The translations under genes and the position numbers were made by a program. A stretch of DNA of 64,000 bases from Bacteroidia bacterium. GTDB taxonomy: Bacteria > Bacteroidota > Bacteroidia > Bacteroidales > UBA7960. The stretch covers positions 5,180 through 69,179 of the forward strand of contig REEA01000164.1 in assembly GCA_007695305.1 (NCBI GenBank), in the 5' to 3' direction. Of this stretch, positions 59,306 through 64,000 are shown piece after piece; the stretch's first letter is position 1, and each line of letters opens with the position of its first letter. The notes under the pieces were generated by a model. That model saw only the letters and a program-made list of their open reading frames with translations. It did no database searches and was not told where the DNA came from.

Positions 59306-60490
59306 ATGGAAATATGTGAGAAAATAAAAGCCCTTTCTTCTCAATACCGGGATTACACAGCAAGAAACCTTGCATCCCTGATTCAATGCAAATCGCTTAG
59401 TCTTGGTGAGGAACAAGTACAGCAGGAATTGATGCGGCAGATGCAAAAGGCAGGTTTTGATGAGGTGAGAATGGATCTACTGGGTAATGTGATTGGACGC
59501 ATAGGTTACGGCAAACGAATACTTGCTTTTGATGCCCATATGGATACGGTTGACCTTGGAAACCTGGACGACTGGGATTTTGACCCGCTGGGTGGCAGCA
59601 TCATTGATGATTGGGTTTGTGGCAGGGGTAGTGTGGATCAGAAAGGAGGCGCTGCAGCCTTTGTTACGGCCGGGCGCATACTCAAAGAACTGGCTTTCGA
59701 CAGGGATCTTACCATCTATTTTGTAGGCAGTGTCATAGAAGAAGACTGCGATGGTTTGTGCTGGAAATATCTCATTGAGGAAGAAAACATCCGGCCTGAT
59801 CTTGTGGTAGTTACAGAACCAACAAATCTGAATATTTACAGGGGCCACAGGGGCAGGATGGAAATGCAGGTGCATTTTTATGGCTTATCTTGCCATGGTT
59901 CGGCGCCCGAGAGAGGGAAAAATGCCATTTATATGGCTTCCGAAGTGGCCCTTGAGATTCAAAAACTGAATGAAAGATTGTCCTACGATCCATTTCTTGG
60001 CAAAGGTTCCATCACCATATCGGAATTTGTATCGCAAAGTCCGTCTCTTTGTGCAGTGGCTGACTATGCAAGAATACACCTCGACAGACGGCTTACCTGG
60101 GGCGAAACAAAGGAAAGTGCCGTAGAAGAAATTAACCAATTGATCAAAGACATGAAAGCCAGGGTGGAAGTGCTGGAATATGTACAAAAATCATTTACAG
60201 GGTTCATCTACGGCATGGAAAAGTATTATCCTACCTGGCAAATCCCTGAAAATCATGAAGCGATACAAAAAGGGGCAGAAGTGTTTAACTGCCTTTTTGA
60301 GCAAAACCCATTTATTGATAAATGGACATTTTCAACCAATGGTGTAACCATCAATGGTATGTATGGCATTCCGGTTATCGGCTTCGGACCCGGTAATGAA
60401 GTTTTGGCCCATGCTCCAAATGAGAAAGTCCACATCGACCATCTGGAAAAAGCAGCAGCCTTTTATGCTGCATTGGCATATCATATGTAA
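59306..60490 (+). CDS. ygeY: YgeY-family M20 peptidase/deacylase (selenium-metabolism-linked hydrolase family)
   Basis: It is collinear with my memory of E. coli YgeY: DAHMDTV..GN...WDFDP, GRGSVDQKGG, EEDCDGLCW.Y.IEE..IRPD.VV.TEPT, YRGHRGRME, CHGSAPERG.NAI, DRRLTWGET, DKWTFSTNGV, IPVIGFGPG.E..AHAPNE. Confidence 0.88.
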   Translation: MEICEKIKALSSQYRDYTARNLASLIQCKSLSLGEEQVQQELMRQMQKAGFDEVRMDLLGNVIGRIGYGKRILAFDAHMDTVDLGNLDDWDFDPLGGSIIDDWVCGRGSVDQKGGAAAFVTAGRILKELAFDRDLTIYFVGSVIEEDCDGLCWKYLIEEENIRPDLVVVTEPTNLNIYRGHRGRMEMQVHFYGLSCHGSAPERGKNAIYMASEVALEIQKLNERLSYDPFLGKGSITISEFVSQSPSLCAVADYARIHLDRRLTWGETKESAVEEINQLIKDMKARVEVLEYVQKSFTGFIYGMEKYYPTWQIPENHEAIQKGAEVFNCLFEQNPFIDKWTFSTNGVTINGMYGIPVIGFGPGNEVLAHAPNEKVHIDHLEKAAAFYAALAYHM

Positions 60491-60515
60491 TAGCTGTTCA
60501 AAACTTGAAATTTTC

Positions 60516-61721
60516 ATGATGATGAAGACATTATTTGAAAAAATTGAAGCCCTCAGTGAAATACCCGCAAAATTGGCAGCAAAAGATTTTTTGTTAACCT
60601 GGGAGAAAAGTGATGCCGATCTGCAAATGATCCTTGAGGTGGCTGATATTCTTAAAACGATGCGTGGTCTGAATGTTTCCACACGGGTATTCGACAGCGG
60701 TCTTGCTGTTTCCAATTTCAGAGACAAATCAACAAGAACACGCTTTTCCTTTGCATCGGCAAGCAACCTGCTAGGCTTAACCGTTCAGGATTTAGACGAA
60801 GAAAAATCGCAGATTTCTCATGGTGAAACCGTAAGAGAAACAGCGGCCATGATTTCTTTTCTCACCGATTTTATTGGAATCCGCGACGACATATTCCTGG
60901 GAGAGGGCAATCGCTATATGCGGGAGGTAGCTTCTTCACTTGATGAAAGTTATAAGCATGGGGTTTTACCCATTCGCCCCGGTGTAATCAACCTGCAATG
61001 TGATATGGACCACCCCACACAGTCAATGGCTGATCTGATGCATCTCAGACATATATTTGGTTCTCTGGAAGCATTAAAAGGGAAAAAAATCGTGATGAGC
61101 TGGGCATATTCACCCAGTTATGGAAAACCGCTTTCCGTTCCGCAGGGTATCATTGCACTCATGTCAAGATACGGTATGAACGTTCATCTGGCATATCCCG
61201 AGGGCTACGGACTGATCCCGGATATTGTCCGTATGGCGGAGAAAAACGCTGCTCAAAGCGGGGGCAGTTTTCAAATTGACCATTCTATGGAGGAGGCCAT
61301 GCAGGATGCCGACATCGTTTATCCTAAAAGCTGGGCCCCATACCACATTATGGAACGCCGAACACAGTTGCTTAAAAAAAGAGATGCTGCCGGGCTGCAG
61401 AATCTTGAGCTGGAGTGCCTGGAAAACAATGAACAGCATATCCACTGGGAATACAATGAGCAACACCGGCAACTGACAAAAAATCAAGATGCCTTGTATA
61501 TGCATTGTTTGCCTGCTGATATTTCAGGTGTATCATGCGAAAGGGGAGAAGTAAATGAACAAACCTTTGAAAGATCCCGGTTGCAAACATACATGGAAGC
61601 AGGATACAAACCATACATCATAGCAGCCATGATGTTTTGCTATCGTTTCCGGTCGCCGGCTGCCAGCCTGAGAAAAATTGCAGAAAATCATTCACCCAGG
61701 ATTCGTTATGAACAAGAGTAA
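60516..61721 (+). CDS. ygeW: knotted carbamoyltransferase YgeW
   Basis: It is collinear with my memory of E. coli YgeW: KDFLLTWE, FRDKSTRTRFSFASA.NLLGL, DLDE.KSQI.HGETVRETA.MISF, NLQCD.DHPTQSMADL, WAYSPSYGKPLSVPQGII, YPKSWAPY, YMHCLPADISGVSC. I prefer ATG 60516 to the tracked 60354. Confidence 0.9.
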   Translation: MMMKTLFEKIEALSEIPAKLAAKDFLLTWEKSDADLQMILEVADILKTMRGLNVSTRVFDSGLAVSNFRDKSTRTRFSFASASNLLGLTVQDLDEEKSQISHGETVRETAAMISFLTDFIGIRDDIFLGEGNRYMREVASSLDESYKHGVLPIRPGVINLQCDMDHPTQSMADLMHLRHIFGSLEALKGKKIVMSWAYSPSYGKPLSVPQGIIALMSRYGMNVHLAYPEGYGLIPDIVRMAEKNAAQSGGSFQIDHSMEEAMQDADIVYPKSWAPYHIMERRTQLLKKRDAAGLQNLELECLENNEQHIHWEYNEQHRQLTKNQDALYMHCLPADISGVSCERGEVNEQTFERSRLQTYMEAGYKPYIIAAMMFCYRFRSPAASLRKIAENHSPRIRYEQE

Positions 61722-63393
61722 ACTGATATTCAAAGGGAAAATTTGGTTTTTCCTTTGTATGGCGTTCATCACCGGCTTTTCGGCAGCAAAAATGCAGGAA
61801 GACATCACCCTCGATTTGGTCAGAAAGGCCGGATTGTTGCTTGGGTTCTCCTTCTCCGAAAGCCAAACTACGATGATGATGCCAATGATTAGGTCGCATA
61901 TGCAAAGTGCCGATGCATTGCGGACACACGGGATTGATCATTCTATTCCTCCGGCATTGACTTTTAACCCACTGCCAAAAGACTTCCATGTTTCCTCCAC
62001 TGATCGGACAACTGAATGGGATATCCCTGGTCATGTTATTTTGCCTGAAAATTTTGATGAGATTGCCTTCTACAGTATTCCTGAACTGGCATCATTGCTC
62101 AGAAGCGGGTTGATCACATCAGAAGAGTTAACCATTTTCTTTCTTCATCGACTGAAAAAGTATGGCGATACTTTAGAGTGTGTGGCTTCACTTACTGAGC
62201 AGAGAGCTTTAGCCCGGGCCAGACTGGCAGACCAGGAGATGGCCTCCGGTATATTCAGGGGACCTTTACATGGCATTCCATACGGTGTAAAAGATCTATT
62301 GGCTGTTGCAGATTATCCAACCAGCTGGGGTGCAAGACCATACAAAGGTCAATATCTCGATTATACAGCTACTGTTGTTCAAAAGCTGGACGAAGCAGGT
62401 GCCATACTTGTGGCCAAACTTACCCTGGGCGCCCTGGCCATGGGTGATGTATGGCATGGTGGGCAAACGCGCAACCCGTGGAATCTTGAACAAGGATCAA
62501 GCGGCTCATCTGCCGGATCTGCCGCTGCCGTTTCTGCAGGTCTTGTACCTTTTGCCATAGGCTCTGAAACCCTCGGCAGTATTGTGTCTCCATCAACACG
62601 CTGTGGTGTCACAGGGTTAAGGCCCACATTCGGAAGAGTCAGCAGATGGGGCGCCATGCCCCTGAGTTGGAGCATGGATAAAATAGGGCCCATAGCCCGC
62701 AGTGCAAAAGAATGTGCAATGGTTTTTGAAGCCATCCAGGGATCAGATGGTCTGGACAATAGCCTGATAGATGCCGGATTCTTTTTTGATCCGGAAACAG
62801 ATATCTCTACTCTACGGGTAGGATACTTCCATGAATTGTTTAAAGATGATCACACCGGCTTGGATCCCGACAAACAGGTTTTGGCTGATTTGCGCGAGCT
62901 TGGTGTGGAGCTGCACAAGGTTGAATGGAGTATCGGGCAACCTGTTCATGCACTGCGTATTATACTATATGCAGAAGCGGCAGCGGCCTTTGATGAATTG
63001 ACTACTTCCGGTCGCGATTCACTGCTCGTTAGCCAGGATATGAACGCGTGGCCTAATTTTTTTCGGGCTGCACGATTTATTCCTGCTGTTGAATACATAA
63101 ATGCAAACAGAGTTCGTTATATGCTCATGGAAGAAATGAAACAACTCATGGCCGATTACCATGTGATCGTAACACCCTCGTTTGCGGGTAATCAGCTGCT
63201 GGTAACAAACCTTACAGGGCACCCTTGCCTGGTAGTACCAAACGGGTTCTCTGAAACAGGCGATCCGCTTAGCATTTCTTTTATCGGTAGCTTATTTGGT
63301 GAAGACAAAATATTGGCGCTGGCACAGGCATGGCAAAACCATTCAGGCCATAACCGGGCCAGACCACCCCTTTTTGACCCTTTAAATAAATAA
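61708..63393 (+). CDS. amidase-signature family hydrolase with N-terminal signal peptide
   Basis: It has a signal-like N-terminus (MNKSKLIFKGKIWFFLCMAFITGFSAA). The amidase-signature motifs are GIPYGVKD, GSSGSSAGSAAAVSAG and GSETLGSIVSPS. ATG 61708 overlaps the ygeW 3' end by 14 nt. Confidence 0.85.
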   Translation: MNKSKLIFKGKIWFFLCMAFITGFSAAKMQEDITLDLVRKAGLLLGFSFSESQTTMMMPMIRSHMQSADALRTHGIDHSIPPALTFNPLPKDFHVSSTDRTTEWDIPGHVILPENFDEIAFYSIPELASLLRSGLITSEELTIFFLHRLKKYGDTLECVASLTEQRALARARLADQEMASGIFRGPLHGIPYGVKDLLAVADYPTSWGARPYKGQYLDYTATVVQKLDEAGAILVAKLTLGALAMGDVWHGGQTRNPWNLEQGSSGSSAGSAAAVSAGLVPFAIGSETLGSIVSPSTRCGVTGLRPTFGRVSRWGAMPLSWSMDKIGPIARSAKECAMVFEAIQGSDGLDNSLIDAGFFFDPETDISTLRVGYFHELFKDDHTGLDPDKQVLADLRELGVELHKVEWSIGQPVHALRIILYAEAAAAFDELTTSGRDSLLVSQDMNAWPNFFRAARFIPAVEYINANRVRYMLMEEMKQLMADYHVIVTPSFAGNQLLVTNLTGHPCLVVPNGFSETGDPLSISFIGSLFGEDKILALAQAWQNHSGHNRARPPLFDPLNK

Positions 63394-63413
63394 TTTAAAA
63401 TGTATTTTTGGTC

Positions 63414-64000
63414 ATGAACCCAAGACAACGCTTGTACATCCAAAAACAGCCGCTGTATATGAAGCTTCCAATGGTGCTGCTTACCATTGTGCTTACTGTG
63501 GCCATAATGATTTATGCCAAAGGTATTCTTGTCCCTTTGACGATATCGGGTTTGCTGGCCATACTAATCAGCCCGCTTTCATCATGGCTCGAAAGTAAAG
63601 GTGTTCCAAGAATCATTGCCGCTTTTTTAAGCTTGATAGCACTTCTGGGTGTCCTTTTCGGATTGATCTATTTTTTCTATAATCAGCTGATCGGTTTTGC
63701 AGATGAAATATATTTGCTGGAAAGACGCATGTCGGAATTTCTGCAAACATTCAATGAATTTACCGAACAGCACATTGAAGGTGCTGTCCCTATCTCATTC
63801 GACGATATTCAGAATGCTGCTTTCAATTACCTTTATGCAAACATGGCAAGCCTTACACAAGGTGTTATTGCCACAGCTACGACAATCACCATTATATTTA
63901 TCATTCCCATTTATATTTTTCTCTTTCTTTATTTTCGCCGTTTTCTTGTAGATTTTATTCTCCGGGCATTTCCAGAAAAAGACAGAGAAAAGGTAAATCA
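63414..64000 (+). CDS. AI-2E family (PerM/UPF0118) transporter, 3' end beyond window
   Basis: I translated this by hand from ATG 63414, and the frame is open to nt 64000: MNPRQRLYIQKQPLYMKLPMVLLTIVLTVAIMIYAKGILVPLTISGLLAILISPL...IIFIIPIYIFLFLYFRRFLVDFILRAFPEKDREKV. This is the typical N-terminal TM layout of the family. Confidence 0.75.
   Translation, partial: MNPRQRLYIQKQPLYMKLPMVLLTIVLTVAIMIYAKGILVPLTISGLLAILISPLSSWLESKGVPRIIAAFLSLIALLGVLFGLIYFFYNQLIGFADEIYLLERRMSEFLQTFNEFTEQHIEGAVPISFDDIQNAAFNYLYANMASLTQGVIATATTITIIFIIPIYIFLFLYFRRFLVDFILRAFPEKDREKVN

Noticed and set aside
60354-60515. N-terminal extensions of tracked ORFs (ygeW 60354-60515, and likewise thrS 11950-12021, the MBL hydrolase 35925-36113, hydF 12040-12126 and blaI 1504-1551)
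   Set aside because: The extensions overlap upstream genes or promoter regions. They also lack similarity to the N-termini I know for these families, and internal ATGs give canonical N-termini.
1-64000. Whole-window scan for CRISPR arrays, long tandem or inverted repeats, transposase, integrase or phage genes, tRNA or rRNA genes, and known defence-system genes
   Set aside because: None was found by eye or from the ORF track. Every ORF over 100 aa that is not a shadow frame has a housekeeping or envelope assignment. Short or diverged repeats could have escaped visual inspection.

Overview
This 64-kb window reads as a core-chromosome segment of a Bacteroidota bacterium, probably anaerobic or microaerotolerant. 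The evidence for that placement is a PorW/SprE-like T9SS lipoprotein, a T9SS CTD-tagged cargo protease, TAnnTTTG-type promoter boxes, an atpBEFHAG operon lacking atpDC, an M56-TonB sensor, HydE/HydF maturases and a flavodiiron protein. I count about 53 protein genes at roughly 90% coding density, and nearly all are housekeeping. They include obg, the thrS-infC-rpmI-rplT block, tsaD, tamB, ribBA, an lptF/G-like permease with two glycosyltransferases, purL, dapA, valS, lplA, rnz, rseP, dxr and the F-type ATP synthase. I found no rRNA, tRNA, CRISPR array, transposase, integrase, phage gene or recognisable defence system, and no intergenic gap exceeds about 310 nt. I could not identify a clearly novel multi-gene system, and the findings below are modest. 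(1) An orphan ygeY-ygeW pair is translationally coupled to a signal-peptide amidase and faces a lone XdhC-type gene. (2) A BlaI / M56-TonB_C sensor pair has two tandem dyad operators upstream. (3) A secreted protein consists only of YD repeats. (4) A hydF-hydE pair lacks hydG and hydA, has a Gln at a conserved cluster-motif position, and is followed by a stop-overlapping 34-codon ORF. (5) infC can only start at ATA, which is preceded by a perfect AGGAGG. (6) A structured 188-nt spacer lies inside the atp operon. All homology calls come from motif recognition by eye, with no searches run, so start codons and family names need confirmation.
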